From Squalus acanthias (taxonomy: Eukaryota): a stretch of 64,000 nucleotides of DNA. Position 1 is the stretch's first letter. Each line of letters starts with the position of its first letter. The DNA is taken from contig CM059433.1 in NCBI GenBank assembly GCA_030390025.1, forward strand, positions 26,476,001 to 26,540,000. Reading direction: 5' to 3'. A program made the position numbers and the translations under genes. This document shows positions 1-13,126 of the stretch, piece after piece. The notes below the pieces were generated by a model. That model did no database searches and was not told where the DNA came from. It was given only the letters and a program-made list of their open reading frames with translations.

Positions 1-303
1 AATTTGATTAAATGAGAGGGTTGATACTTTGGCGACATTAAAGGAAGGAATAGTATACTGTACTGTATATAATTCTGTCATTTCTGAACTGTCCAAACAT
101 AAACCATATGATTAATGTATTAGTTTCAAAGGATTTTTATTTTCCTTGGATTTTTAATTTAAGTGACATTGTGGGGGTCACACTTTTTACAGCTGCAAGA
201 AAGCTTGTTTGTAGTGGAGCCAAATAATACCACAAAGAAATGTGCAATCAAGTAGCTCATTGAAGGATTATTATGCCACACAGAGTGGTTTCTAGTTCCT
301 TAC

Positions 304-335
304 TTGCACCTGTTTTTGTTGCAAAGTATTCCCAC
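304..335 (-). CDS. Candidate 32-nt host exon (open frame WEYFATKTGA)
   Basis: Minus strand reads ttgttttatatacag|GTGGGAATACTTTGCAACAAAAACAGGTGCAA|gtaagg in non-repetitive DNA. Splice signals only; no homology recognised. Confidence 0.35.
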
Positions 336-840
336 CTGTATATAAAACAAGAGGTCAATCTTTCATGTCTGTACGGAAAGGGAAAATGATATAATAGCTT
401 CTGTGCTCTCATTCTTCCTGGGCCACATTTTCCTCTGTGTTAATTTTGATAAAATCATAGACTTGTGTAAATGGGGAAGCAGGACTGGTGGAAATCAGTA
501 ACAGATTTTTCATGCCACATGCTACTCTGATTCTTGCATCCATTCTGAAATGTGTTCAGCAATTTGCCAAAAAAGATCTTGCTTGTTAAAGCCTTTTAAG
601 GCCTTGTTCAAGGCCAATCGAGAGCAAACTTCAGCAGTTTTATGAAGGGGATAAAGATTCTCAGACTGCTTGCCCCTCTTCCAAGGCCTCATACACACCT
701 AGGTGAATTTGGACTGAATCATGCAATTTTCACAGACTCCCTTCAGACACCGGTGAACACCACAAGATACATGTTGTTTTACTAATGATGGTAATAATAT
801 CACTTTCTAGCTTGAAACACGTGTTTTTAGTTTGTTAGAA

Positions 841-1215
841 TCAACAACAACTTGCATTTATATAGCACCTTTAATATAGTAAAACATCCCAAGGCGCTTC
901 ACAAGAGTGTTAAACAAGATTTGACATCGAGCCACTTGAGGAGATATTAGACAGGGAACCCAAACCATTGTGAAAGAGGTAGGTTTTAAGGAGTGTTTTA
1001 AAGGAGGAGAGAGAGGCAGAGAGGTTTAGGGAGGGAGTTCCAGGGTTTAGAGCCTCGGCAGCTGAAGGCATGGCCACCAATGGAGCAATTAAAATCGGGG
1101 ATACACAAGAGGTCAGAATTGAAGGAGTGCAGAGATCTCGGAGGGCTGTGGGGCTGGAGTAAGTTACAGAGATCGGGAGGGGCGAGGCCATGGAAGAATT
1201 TGAAAACAAGGATGA
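841..1215 (-). mobile_element. L2-clade LINE 3' fragment
   Basis: ORF 910..1209 contains SLSSFKTLLKTYLF (L2 ORF2 C-terminus). Tail reads ...aaggtgctatataaatgcaagttgttgttg. Near-identical copy at 45505-45865. Confidence 0.8.
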
Positions 1216-1354
1216 GTTAATTTAATGGTGCTCCCCTGAGGGGGCACTTGTTGGGTATTAGTCGCTTACTTATGGCATTGGTGCACCCAATGTCACTTCG
1301 CTGGTTCACACAAAGAGGCAGGGGAAATATAAATTAAATGTCTGTTTTGAATTT

Positions 1355-2368
1355 ATAGAATCATAGAATTATACAGCACAGAAGGAGGCGATTTGGCCTA
1401 TCGTGCCATTGCCAGCTGTTTGGTAGATCTATCCAACTGATTCCACTCCCCAGCTCTTTCCCCATAGCCCTGTAAAAAAATTTCCCTTCAAGTATTTATC
1501 TAATTGCCTTTTGATTGTTATGATTGAATCTGCTTCCACCACCCTTTCAGGCTGTGCATTCTAGATAATAACAGCTTGCTGTGTAAAAAAAAAAATGTTT
1601 CTTCATGTTGCCTCTGATTCTTTTGCCAATCACCTTTAAATCTGTGCCCTCTGTTACTTCTGCCACTGGCACCCTTCTGCTACTGGAACCAATTTCTCCT
1701 TATTTACTCTATCAAAACTGTCATGCTTTTGAACACCTCTATCAAACCTCCTCTTAACCTTCCCTGCTCTAAGGAGAACAACCCCAGCTTCTCAAGTCTC
1801 TCCACATAACTGTAGTCACTCATCACTGGTACCACTCTAGTAAATCTCTTCTGCACCCTCTCTAAGGCCTTGACATCCTTCCTAAAGTGTGGTGCCCAGA
1901 ATTGAACTAAATACTCCAGCTGAGGCCTAACCAGTGATGTATAAAGGTTTAGCATAACTTCCTTGCTTTTGGCCTCTATTAATAAAGCCAAGGCTCCAAT
2001 ATGCTTTTTTAACAGCCTTCTCAACTTTTCCTACCACCTTCAAAGATTTGTGTACATACACAAATGTGTCACTCTGTTCCTGCACCCCCTTTAAAATTTA
2101 GTTTATATTGCCTCTCCTCATTCTTCCAACCAAAATGTATCACCTCACACTTCACTGTGTTAAATTTCATCTGCCATGTGTCTGCCCATTTCACCAGTCT
2201 GTCTCTATCCTCCTGAAGTCTGTTACTATCCTCCTCACTGTTTACTACATTTCTGAGTTTTGTGTCATCTGCAAACTTTGAAATGATACCCTGTATACCC
2301 AAGTCCAGGTCATTAATATATATCAAAAGAGCAGTGGTCCTAATACCGACCCCTGAGGAACACCAACC
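1355..2368 (-). mobile_element. CR1 LINE, 5'-truncated (RT C-terminal part + 3' UTR)
   Basis: IYINDL..SKFADDTKL, LVRPQLEY, LERVQKRFTR motifs; (TTCTATGA)-type tail near 1355-1370. Confidence 0.92.
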
Positions 2369-3360
2369 ATGAAAATGGGAATTTCTATCCATTTGGGGTC
2401 AATCCAATTTTGCAGTTGGGTTTTGTAGTAGTGTCAGAGCCACCAACCAATTTGCAGTTAATTATATTGGCCCTGAAATGGCCTGCCCATTTCAGCAAAC
2501 TCGGCTGCAACCCAGATATGCCAGGTCCCAATAGTGTGCTAGTTTCTAGGAACTGGGAGGTGAATCAAGGCAAAGACTTCCAAAGTCAGAGTTCCGACTC
2601 CTAGGTCTTTAGTTGAAACTTGGCATCTGATCGGTACAGGTACGACTGGTCTCATCAGGCATACCTGCCTGATTTTGGCAGAAATGGGATCCACCTTGAG
2701 GTCCAGGCATTGGTCAGAACTGGGACCACTGAAGATCAGAGGCCAAAAAATATTTGGGGGATTGGGGGGTCACAAGGGCATCCAAACTACTCGTCAAGTA
2801 GGGATGCCACCTCCCCCTGGGCAGCCAGCTACTGCTAGCATTTCCAGTGTCTTCAGCGGGGGACACCACTAGGGTGCCCTAAACCACTGAAGGCCCACTT
2901 ATAGAGGCCTCACCCCCTGACCCCATCAGTGTGTCAGTAGCAGTAGAAGGAGGTGGAGTGAAGTGTGCTGCAAAGATTGGAGGAGTGGTGGGAAGCGGGG
3001 CAAAAAAGGGTTCATGGAATCATCGAATGATTCACAGCAAGTAGTGGACTTCTGTGGCAAGCATGATCCCAGCATAACTGCCAGGATCACATGCCTATGG
3101 AATTTCTAAGCCATTAAAATTAGCCCCCAGTGACTTTCACATCATTTTACAGTATTTACATCAGTATAGTGCTCAGTCATCTATCTGTCCATTTAAAATG
3201 GGCACCCTGGGGCTGGTAGGGTCTGCTGCTTGTAGAAATGCATTACCAAAAGTTTGGTAATCCAGCATTTGAGCATGCCATATTTCCATGTAATGTAAAG
3301 TAAGGGGGGATCTAAAAGTTTCTTGCTGGGACATGATTTAGCTTCATAAAATATAGCCAA

Positions 3361-3475
3361 TTTTTTAAAATTCAGACTCTGGATGTGGGCATCGCTGACA
3401 AGGCCGGTATTTATTGTCCATCCCTAGTTGCCTTTCAGAAGGTGGTGGTGGGCCGCCTTCTTGAACTGCTGTTTG
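3361..3475 (-). mobile_element. 3' end of a poly(A)-tailed CR1/L2-group LINE family
   Basis: Matches the 3' ends at 20640-20760 and 42144-42250 (ggatgtgggc...ttattg.ccatccctag). Confidence 0.7.
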
Positions 3476-3697
3476 GTGACGATACTCCCACAAAGCCATT
3501 TGCTGGGGGTTCTGCCAGTCTCCTGCCAGAGTTACAGCAGGAGACCGGTAGAACACCCATGTAATTTGAGGACCCATACATTGGCCCGTCAGGGGGGAGA
3601 GGGATTCAAACCTCTCTGGCGTCAGTTAAAGCCAGCCAGCACCTTTTATAAGAAGTGCACAGTGGCTGCAATCAGCTTCATTCTGGACACCACTAAA

Positions 3698-5050
3698 ATG
3701 GCAGGCAGAAGAAATGCTGGAAGGCCTCCCTGCTTTTCTGCCGTAGCTTTGGAGCTGCTGGTGAAGGAAGTCGGCAGGAAGAGGGACCTCACCTTTCCAC
3801 CCAGTGGCAAGAAGGGGACCTGGCTAGCTGGCAGAGCAGGTCAGCATCAGAAGCATTGGTCCAAAGACCTTGCAGTAACGCAGAAAAGAATGTAATGGCC
3901 TCACAAGTGCTACTCAAGGTAAGCCTCGTAACTCATATCTCTCATTGCTCTCTGTTCAGACCTGCATTATCTGTAGCCTCAGTACTCAGAATAAATACTT
4001 GAAGGGAAAAAACTTGCAGGGCTATGGAGAAATGGCAGGGGAATGTGGCTAATTGGATAGCTCCTTCAAAAAGCCGGCACAGACACGATGGGCCGAATGG
4101 CCTCTTTCAATGTTGTATCATTCTACGATTCCATGAACCCTTTCCTGTCCTGCTTCCCACCACTCCTCCAATCGTCGCAGCACACTTCACGCCACCTCCT
4201 TCTACTGCTACTCACACACTGTGCCTGTTACTGTCTTAATCATCACTTCTCTCACCTTCTCATTCCTGTGCCACCTTTCACTCACCAGCAACACTATTCT
4301 TCGCTGACATGCGCATCCTTACCAGACTAGCACTAACGCACTCCCTTCTTTCTTGCAAGAGAAATTGGCACACAATAACAGGGAGCAGACAGCGACAAAA
4401 GGACCCCCACCATCCATACACGTCCTGTCTCATCTGGAAGAGACCATCATGGACAATGGGGGAAGGGGGCACATCAGGAGCGTGGCCTCTGCGGAGGCTT
4501 GAGGAAATGCCCCACAGGGTTTTTGGCCATTTCACCCTCTTTCCCTTCTCACTGAAATCTCAACCTCACACTCAATGCATGACAAAGGGCGGTCAGTAGC
4601 AACTCACCTGTCTCTAATTACCCTTGCCACTAAATGCAAAGACTTGTTCCTCTCTTCATTTTCAGATCTTAAAATTCTAGAGGGCAAAGCAGGAATGGAG
4701 GGAGAGGAGCACAGCCCTCTAGAAAATGCAGCTTCACTCAACTTTACCCAAGCAAGCACCAGCTCAGAGACTGGCGCACTGGCAAGTTTAGAGGCTAGAG
4801 TTGGGAGATCTGCCCTGGGAGATTCACCGAGCGCAAGAGCTAGGGCAGGTGGATAGGACAGCCCAGGAAGCATGTCGCCAGTGAGCAACCTCGCATCCTT
4901 GTCCTGCTGCAGAGGATAGAGATGAAGATCTCAAAGACCCAACCTACAGAAGAGAACTGTTGGCTATACAGCACAAACTACTAAGTTAACTGGCCTGCCA
5001 GGGAGCTTCTGCACAATGGCACAAAGCGTGGAGGAATCCAGCTCCAACAC
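3698..5050 (+). pseudogene. Harbinger Myb/SANT-like gene remnant, 3 exons
   Basis: MAGRRNAGRPPCFSAVALELLVKEVGRKRDLTFPPSG; donor caag|gtaagc at ~3918. Exons 2 (~4359) and 3 (~4667) are similar to other copies in the window. A CR1 3' fragment lies in intron 1 (~3988-4135). Confidence 0.75.
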
Positions 5051-5559
5051 CTCAAGTAGATCACCCCTGAACCTTCTAAACTCAAGGGAATACAAGTCAA
5101 GTTAGCAGCTCAGTTGAGTGTGCACCCCGGGGAAAAAATGTGACAACTACAGCCAACATCTTCCGGTGCTCCCAAGCTTGATAAATATAAGTCTCTTTAG
5201 TTTACAGGCACAGCTTGGTAGGAGAAGAATCTTACGATATAACTATAATATTGTATGACTATTATAATAAATATTCCTTCATAGAATCTCTTGTATAGTG
5301 AATAGTTTGTACTCATTTAGTATATGAGTTGTCTTATAGTGAAATCTACATATTAAAATAAAACTTGACTTCAGGGGGATTACGTGCACTGGCCTGCCAG
5401 AGAGCTTCCGTACTTCAGGTGCGTTGACTGTTTCATTGAACGTCTTGAATTAAACTAGAAGTAAGCATAAAGATAAAATGTGCAGATCCCGCAATTAACC
5501 TAACCCCTAAGGTCTGCGTGGCGTCTGTCTGAGCTGATGGCTGTGAGAGTTAGGTGACG

Positions 5560-6075
5560 CAATGGTGCATCTTTATAATCACTCTCATCCTGTTCCTCCA
5601 CTGGCTCCACTGGTTCCTTCCACATTCCGAGGAACTGAATTGAGAAAGAGGCAAGCGTTAGGTTATGGTGTGAGGAAGAGCAGAAAGGATGGTCTGTGTT
5701 GAAAACATCTGCAGCTTGTCATGCAGAGTGTGTGGTGTGAGGAAGAAGTCAGTAGAGACAAGGAAGATTAGGCATAAAGATCAGTGCACGCCAGTAGCCA
5801 CAGGCTCCACTCTGACCTTTCCCATCACTGCCAGCAAGCTGTCTTCAATGGAGGACAGGGTGTATTGTCACGTTGGTCCCCCATCTGTGATAGCATGCTA
5901 CTTGGTGTTATGCACCACCTTCTCCTGTAAGAAAGAGGGAATTTTGTTAGTGAGAGTCTTGCATGGTGGCAGGGAATGTGGGTGTCATGTTTGAATAGCT
6001 GCCATTGTGTGTGTGAGAAATACAACTGTTGGAGGGGGGTGGGTATTGTTAATACTGAGGAAGACTGCATTAAAA
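5560..6075 (-). mobile_element. Harbinger Myb/SANT gene fragment (exon 2 region)
   Basis: Minus ttacag|gagaaggtggtgcataac matches exon 2 of the copies at ~46925 and ~43722. Confidence 0.6.
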
Positions 6076-6089
6076 TACAAGAGACATAG

Positions 6090-6847
6090 GCCCGGATTTT
6101 GTGGTCAGCGGCAAAGGAACGGCTCTCGCAGTTCATTACACTTACAGCTGCCCACAAACTTTTCGTGGGCTTTTGAGTGGCAACTTACAGTTACTAGAGA
6201 TCCATTTCAGCACGGCGCCCTCTACAGGGACCTGTGGCGTTTCTGAGCAGCGAAAGCAACAGCGTGTCTCTTCAACCAATCAGAATGAAGAATCCTCACT
6301 GAGCCACGCAGAGTCTAAACCAGGAAGTATCAATTAGAATATTTAATTCAATGTAAAATCATGTACAGAAAGCAAAATAAAGGGAGGGAAAGAAAGATGG
6401 GAATAAGAGAGAGATAAAAGAGACAAAGTAAAATTAAAAATGTAATTATTTTGATTTTTAATTTTTTTAAATCTCCAACAATAATTCAATTCTGAAGGAA
6501 CGAGACTCCACACTTGTAAAAGTAAATTTTCAGTGCCAGAGAGGTTGTTTGACAGAAATAAATACTTATCATGCTGCTAAAAATTCACCTGAATACATCA
6601 GCCTTAACTTTTTCTGCTGAGTTTAGTGGGTAACTAGTGCGTAAGTACAGCAACTTCATGTCCTTCATGTATTTTAATGCTTACTCTTTCGGCGAGATAC
6701 CAGTGTAGCAAAGCTTGTGGAAGAGCAGGGCAAATCGGACAGCAACCTCCTCATTTCTGCGTTTTACTGGGAGTCGCTGTCTGATTTACTCCATAATAAC
6801 GGTGAGTGCTGATAGCCTCATCATTATTCCTATTCCAAAATCTGGGC
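6090..6847. mobile_element. Non-autonomous Harbinger-like MITE
   Basis: TIRs GCCCGGATTTTG / CAAAATCTGGGC (11/12); flanks TAG / TAT (imperfect 3-bp TSD). Confidence 0.6.
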
Positions 6848-6971
6848 TATTAACAAACTTGCAGAATGGGCAAATTAATTTCAATATAGATAAGTGTGAG
6901 GTGATGCATTTAAATAGGAGGAATAAAGAGGCCACATACTCTTTGAAAAATAAGAGTCTATATGGGGTGTT

Positions 6972-7179
6972 AGTCGTGGCTCAGTCATATTACTCTCACT
7001 CTCTGAGTCAGAAGGTTGTGAGTTCATAGTCCCACTTCAGAGAGTTGAGTAAATAATCTAAGCTGATACTTCAGTACTGAGGGAGTGCTGCACTGTCAGA
7101 GGTGCTGTTTTTAGATGAGATGTTAAACTGAGGTCCTGTCTGTCCTCTCAGGTGGAAGTTAAAGATCCCATGACACTAT
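6972..7179 (+). mobile_element. Deu-domain tRNA-derived SINE (SacSINE1-like), 5' half
   Basis: tRNA-like head (gtggctcagt...tgagtcagaaggttgtgagttca) and start of the Deu domain; ends at the MITE insertion. A short CR1 RT fragment lies just upstream (~6850-6968). Confidence 0.8.
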
Positions 7180-8691
7180 AGGCTGGATTTTGTCAATGGA
7201 GACGTGTTGGAGGCGGGACTGCTGCTTGCCGGGTCTCAGTCCCGCCTCCATCAGCCTCTTGCCAACCAGTGGAATTTTCCCCTGATTGACCTTGTTAAGC
7301 CCGCCCAGCGGGCTCAGCAGGCCAATTAGGGGAAGTCACTGACAGAGCACATCGACGTCTGACGTGCCAGCTGTCAAGATTTCTTGAAAGAAGAATGTGA
7401 AGCATGTGAAGCTGTCAAACACTGACATTCTGTGTAGTTTGATGAGTCCTTGGGCTGGATTTTCATTGACCCGTGGAGGTGGGTTTGGAGGCGTGTGGGG
7501 GGTTAAAATTGTGAAAACTGGTGGGCGGGCACAGGCCCGCCTCCATGCAATTTTCATTAAATCGTGTCTGATGGTCCCGACTCCGTCCCACCTCTAAGAG
7601 GCGGGATAGGCTGTTAAGGCCCTTAACAAGCACTAAATTGCCTCTATAATACCATTTTGAAAGGCCTTTGTGATTTTAATCCTTTTTCTACATGAAGCAC
7701 GCCTGTTCTGAACCACGAATGTGAAACCTGGCGGGAGCACATTTGGTTGGCTGGCTGGCTGGCTGTCTGTCTGGCTGTCTGTTGGGATGCATATATGGAT
7801 GGATGGGGAGGGAACATATCTGGGACTGGTGGTGTAAAAATATCTGGGAGCAGACTTAGGGCTGCTGCTGCTCATTTTGCATCCAGGTCCTCTCACAGCA
7901 AAGGCCAGGCAATCTCTGAAGACCTTCAATGCAGCAGCAATGATGACATCATCAGAGGCGACTTTCAGACTGAAAACACTAATTGGTTCATGGGTTCCCA
8001 CATGCTGGAACTCAATTGCTCAATTAGGTGAAAATTGCATCAATCTCCCACATCCAATTGCAGTCGGGTGGATAACACGAAAAGTGGATGACACGACCCC
8101 AACCCGCCCCAGTATCAAAATCCAGCCCCTTGTGTTCAGGACTCATCAAACCTTTCAACTTTGCAGAAATCACCTGGCTGTTGTTTCGGAGGATCCAACA
8201 GCCAGTCTGTGAAATCTACAATGAAGATGTCGGGACTCCGGATCCACAGTAGCTGAAGGCTGTAGGCAGAAACAAAGGTAAGTGAACATTTTATAACACT
8301 TAACACTCACCTTACATACTTACCACTCCACACTTGCACCCATCACTCACCTCTACATCTCACTTTCAGACCCCTCCGACTCCCGCAGACCTCCTACTCA
8401 CCTCCTATACCCCGGCGGGGTTCCCCGAGGTCAGGAAGCCTGCACTGGAAAGGTAAAATGGGACTAATCCTATTTTCTGCCTGTTAACTACCTGTTAACA
8501 GGCAGTTAATAGGATTTAATCCCTTTCCTGCCTCGAGGAAACGGGACCCGGGGCAGAACGGCTTCCCGCCTCCTGGCAAAAGGACCCAGAGGCAGGATGG
8601 GGGCGAGTTTGCCAGCCGCCCCCACATTCTGCAACTTTACCGGCTGTCCCGCCTCCATACCCGCCTCCTCGGGGCTGACAAAATCCAGCCC
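7180..8691. mobile_element. Non-autonomous Harbinger element (outer MITE)
   Basis: TAT|AGGCTGGATTTTGTCA ... TGACAAAATCCAGCCC|TAT: 15/16 TIR and 3-bp TSD. Confidence 0.88.
7452..8128. mobile_element. Non-autonomous Harbinger element (inner MITE)
   Basis: CTT|GGGCTGGATTTT ... AAAATCCAGCCC|CTT: perfect 12-bp TIR and 3-bp TSD. Confidence 0.88.
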
Positions 8692-8699
8692 TATGCTTT

Positions 8700-8753
8700 C
8701 CTTCCTCCCTTTCTTCCTTCCTTCCTTCCTTCCTTCCTTCCTTCCTTCCTTCC
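8700..8753. repeat. (CTTC)n microsatellite
   Basis: Direct reading. Confidence 0.95.
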
Positions 8754-8804
8754 ACATGAGCCATACAAATCAAGAAAGTCCCATTAGGATGAAAATAGTC
8801 CAAA

Positions 8805-9095
8805 ATTCAGTACCTGGTCTGTGCTGAGTTAAATGTTCTTAGCTGGAGTGACAATTGGGCTCTAGAACTACTCGCAGTGCCCAGGCTGGAGGCAAAAAAA
8901 TCAGCTAGGGTTCCCACTCTTAATTGCTATCCAGTGGCTTCTCCTGGGAATGTGCATGTGTAAACACCAGCTGAGAACAGAGTTAAGCTTAGTTAGGATG
9001 CTCCATAGTCAAGTAAGCTACTGCCACTAAATATCTAGGCTTCCACATGAAGACTGGCCACTTGGGTGAAGTACTGAAGGCTTACTGCCACCTGT
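8805..9095 (+). repeat. Old interspersed (SINE-like) repeat, family not identified
   Basis: Colinear similarity to 24725-25030 (gagtta..., ctgg.aa.g.gcatgtg, gtactga.gg). Confidence 0.55.
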
Positions 9096-9108
9096 GCAAC
9101 CATACTGC

Positions 9109-10461
9109 AAAAGATGTAATAGCTGAGCACTTGGAAAACAGTGACGGGATCGGACAAAGTCAACATGGATTTACAAAAGGTAAATCATGCTTGACTAATC
9201 TACTGGAATTTTTTGAGGATGTAACTGGTAAAATAGATAAGGGAGAACCAGTGGATGTGGTGTATTTGGACTTCCAAAAGGCTTTTGATAAGGTCCCGCA
9301 TAAGAGATTAGCATGTAAAGTTAAGGCACATGGGATTGGGGGCAAGGTATTGACTTGAATAGAGAACTGGTTGGCAGACAGAAAGCAAAGAGTTGGAATA
9401 AACGGGTCTTTTTCCGAGTGGCAGGCAGTGACTAGTGGGGTACTGCAGGGATTGGTCCTTGGACCCCAGCTATTCACAATATATATTAATGATCTAGACA
9501 AGGGAACTAGATGTAATATCTCCAAGTTTGCAGATGACACAAAACTGGGTGGGCATGTGTGCTGTGAGGAGGATGCTGAGAAACTCCAGGATGATTTGGA
9601 CAGGTTGGGTGATTGGGCAGAAGCGTGGCAGATGCAATATAACGTGGATAAATGCGAGGTTATCCACTTTGGTGTCAAAAACAGAAAGGCAGATTATTAT
9701 CTGAATGGCAATAGATTGGGAGAAGGGGAAGTGCAACGAGACCTGGGTGTCCTTGTGCACCACTCGCTGAAGGTAAACATGCAGGTGCAGCAGGCGGTTA
9801 AGAAGGCAAATGGTATGTTGGCCTTCATAGCGAGAGGGTTTGAGTACAGGAACAAGGATGTCTTGCTGCAGTTATACAGGGCCTTGGTGAGACCACACCT
9901 TGAGTACTGTGTGCAGTTTTGGTCGCCTTATCTGAGGAAGGATGTTCTTGCCATGGAAGGAGTTCAGCGAAGATTCACAAGGCTGATACCTGGGATGGCA
10001 GGAATGACGTATGAAGAGAGATTGGGTCGATTGGGCTTATACTCGCTGGAGTTTAGAAGAATGATAGGGGATCTCATTGAAACTTATAAAATTCTGACAG
10101 GACAAGACAAACTAGATGCAGGAAGGATGTTCCCGATGGTCGGAGAGTCCAGAACCAGGGGTCACAGTCTAAGATAAGGGGTAAGCCATTTAGGACGGAA
10201 ATGAGGAGGAATTTCTTCACCCAGAGAGTGGTGAACCTGTGGAATTCTCTGCCACAGAAGGCAGCGGAGGCCAATTCATTAAATAGATTCAAGAAGGAGT
10301 TGGATATATTTCTTAAGGCTAAAGGGATCAAGGGATATGGGGAGAAAGCAGGGACAGGGTACTGAATTTGGATGATCAGCCATGATCGCATTGAATGGCG
10401 GAGCAGGCTAGAGGGGCCGAATGGCCTACTCCTGCTCCTATCTTCTATGATTCTATGATTC
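9109..10461 (+). mobile_element. CR1 LINE, 5'-truncated, RT domain
   Basis: QHGFTKGKSCLTNL, YLDFQKAFDKVPH, FADDTKL, LVRPHLEYC; tail ttctatgattctatgattc. Confidence 0.95.
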
Positions 10462-11490
10462 AGCACCTTCAGGTGGGGGAGGAGAATACTGGAAGAGAAA
10501 GAACGAGTAAGGATGATTTTCTGCCCGAGCACTGTACAAGTTCAAAATGCGTGAAGTGCACTATGCCATTCCAGCCTCAACTGTAGTTCAAGTTAGTGAA
10601 CAAGGATAATATCCAAGCCCACCAGATTCAGCCGCAACTTGGCCTGGACAGATACAGCATACTTCAGGCACATCAGGCCATTAGGATGACTCAGGTGCAA
10701 AACCATCCCCTAACAGGGCATTAAGCTGTCAAAAGGAGGACTCAAAAGGAGTGCCACTGCAGGCTTGGGCACCAGCCTCAGGACCTACTTGCTGCTGCTG
10801 GAGAGTAGCATTGAAATGGCTCCAAGGCCCAGAGATCTGGTTTGGGTGGGCATGAATGTTGTTTTTACTTATTGTTGGGGACTTCTTTGTCTTATTACGG
10901 TGCCCCCTCAGACATTTGATTGTGAGAGGGATCCAACCGCAAGCCTACTCCCAGCTTCTTCAGGTGCTCATTGGAATGCCTTGTCTTGCTTCATTACTAT
11001 GAGCGTATTCAGCCTGCACCAATTGTAGGCGCAGGTCCTGATTTGCCTCGGGGAAATGCGCTGTTTTTCTGGGTCTTTGCTCCCCTTTTCCAGAGGGCAA
11101 AGGTTGGCTGCAATATTGTTCCTGCACAAATCCTGGGGTGGAATGGGGTGCGGGGAAAGTGCATTGCAAGTGGTTTCTTTGACTCCACTTGTATGGCCAT
11201 TTACTCCCACTTTGGACTTATGTTAGTAATTTAATTTGCAGCATTCTCATCTGCACCAGATGGGAAAGTACTTGTCCCTGAAAATCCTGGGACTCTAGAG
11301 AATCCTCATCTATGGACCAGCTGATTTTACTGATGCTGCAATGGATCTGATGCCATGGGAAGTGACGGTGAGAAGGCTTTACTGTTTGGTACTGAAGAGC
11401 ACCTTTTGGCGCAGCAGTGGGTATAACTTGGTCACAGCTCTTTTTTTAAATGTATTTGTTCTTGTGATGGGCAACACACAGGATTTATTG

Positions 11491-12394
11491 ACATAAGAAC
11501 ATAAAAACATAAGAAATAGGAGCAGGAGTAGGCCATTCAGCCCTTCGAGCCTGCTCCGCCATTCAATGAGATCATGGCTGATCTTCTGCCTCAACTCCAT
11601 TCACCGGCCCTATCGTCATATCCCTTGATGCCCTTACTAGTCAGAAATCTATCAACTTCTGTTTTGAATATACCCAATGACTGAGCCTCCACAACCCACT
11701 GGGGTAGAGAATTCCAAAGATTCACCACCCTCTGTGTGAAGACATTTCTTCTCATCTCAGTCCTGAATGGCCTACCCTTTATCTTGAGGCTGTGGCCCCT
11801 GGTTCTAGACTCCCTAGCCAAGGGAAACATTCTCCCAGCATCCATTCTATCAAGCCCTGTAATAATTTTGCATGCTTCAATGAGATCCCCTCTCATTCTT
11901 CTGAATTCAAGAGAATACAGGCCTAGTTTACTCAATCTCTTCTCATACGACAGTCCCGCCATCCCAGGAATCAATCTCGTGAACCTTCGTTGCACTCCCT
12001 CTATGGCAAGTATATCCTTCCTTAGGTAAGGAGACCAAAATTGTACACAGTACTCCAGGTGTGGTCTCACCAAGGCCCTACATAATTGGAGTAAGACTTC
12101 TTTACTCCTGTACTCAAATCCTCTTGTAATGAAGGCCAGCATACCATTTGCCTTCCTAATGGCTTGCTGCACCTGCACATTCACTTTCAGTTACTCATGT
12201 ACAAGGACACCCAGGTCCCTTTGAGCATCTGCATTCCCCAATCTTTCACCATTTAGGAATCTTTCTGTTTTTTCTACCAAAGTGGATAACTTCACATTTA
12301 TCCACATTATATTCCATCTGCCATGTTCTCGCCCACTCACTGAGCCTGTCGAGATCCCCTTGAAGCCTCTTCACATCCTCTTCGCAACTGACCA
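11491..12394 (-). mobile_element. CR1 LINE 3' fragment
   Basis: ORFs 11591..12184 and 12246..12500 carry CR1 RT C-terminal motifs; (TTCTTATG)-type tail. Confidence 0.93.
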
Positions 12395-12613
12395 TTCTAA
12401 GTGCATTAAAAGTCAACAACTTTGTGTAGAACTGGGGCCACATGTAGGCCAGACCAGGTAGGCGTTCACTTCTCTGCAATTCAGCAAATTCCATGGTCAT
12501 TTTTCACATCTTGCAATGGTAGGATTTGAACTCATGACCACTGGGCTGCTACACACAATACAATAGACACTAGGCCACTGTAGCCTGCTAGGTGAGATTC
12601 TGAAATAACAACA

Positions 12614-12740
12614 ACGAAGGGTCCCCGACTCGAAACATTGACTCTGTTTCTCTCTCCTCGATGCTGCCTGACCTGCTGAGTGTTTCCAGCATTTTCTGTT
12701 GTTATTTCAGATTTCCAGCATCCGCAGTATTTTGCTATTG
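12614..12740 (+). mobile_element. Penelope-like 3' terminal (pLTR) fragment
   Basis: Similar to 13463-13590 (cgaaggg...gaaac.tt.actctgtttctctctcc...ctgctgagt...ccagcatccgcagtattttgct); the hammerhead CTG is lost. Confidence 0.75.
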
Positions 12741-13090
12741 TTTAGGTGAGATTCTTGTCGTCTGTAGATTGGATGTGTTAACTTATGACATCAGTAAGTT
12801 AAGATGCAGTGGATTGAAGTATGGGTTGCACTTAATACAGGAAAATAGTCTGAAGTGCTTCTATGTCTACATAAGGAAAATAGGGCCTTCAATCCTTTGA
12901 GGTTTCTTTCATAACGCCTAGATTGATTAGAGAGACCATTTGATTTGTTGTGGAACTTGAATACTGTGAAGACTCTATTGAACACATCTGCTCATTCGTT
13001 ACTGCTATTTCTACCCAATCTATCCCTTAAAGAAAATATCTGAACCCTCATCAACATGACAAAACTAAAGTTAATTGGAGAGAGAAACAG

Positions 13091-13126
13091 AGTTAACGTT
13101 TCAGGTCGAAACCCTTCGTCAGAACT
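13091..13126 (-). ncRNA. Minimal hammerhead ribozyme motif (inverted copy)
   Basis: Exact reverse complement of 13456-13491. Confidence 0.65.

Noticed and set aside
4991..5413. Short duplication tggcctgccag.gagcttc around an AT-rich insert
   Set aside because: A Harbinger fragment duplicated in a rearranged region; no element termini identifiable.
8506..8803. ORFs with KEGR repeats
   Set aside because: Translation of the (CTTC)n microsatellite.
9160..9678. Antisense ORFs over CR1/RTE copies (e.g. 9160..9678, 37096..37569, 50896..51336)
   Set aside because: Shadow frames of LINE ORF2.
10465..11300. Possible degraded Harbinger-derived segments (also ~2375-3130, 33380-34060, 35700-36250)
   Set aside because: Only weak terminal or motif similarity; no TIR/TSD pair I can defend.
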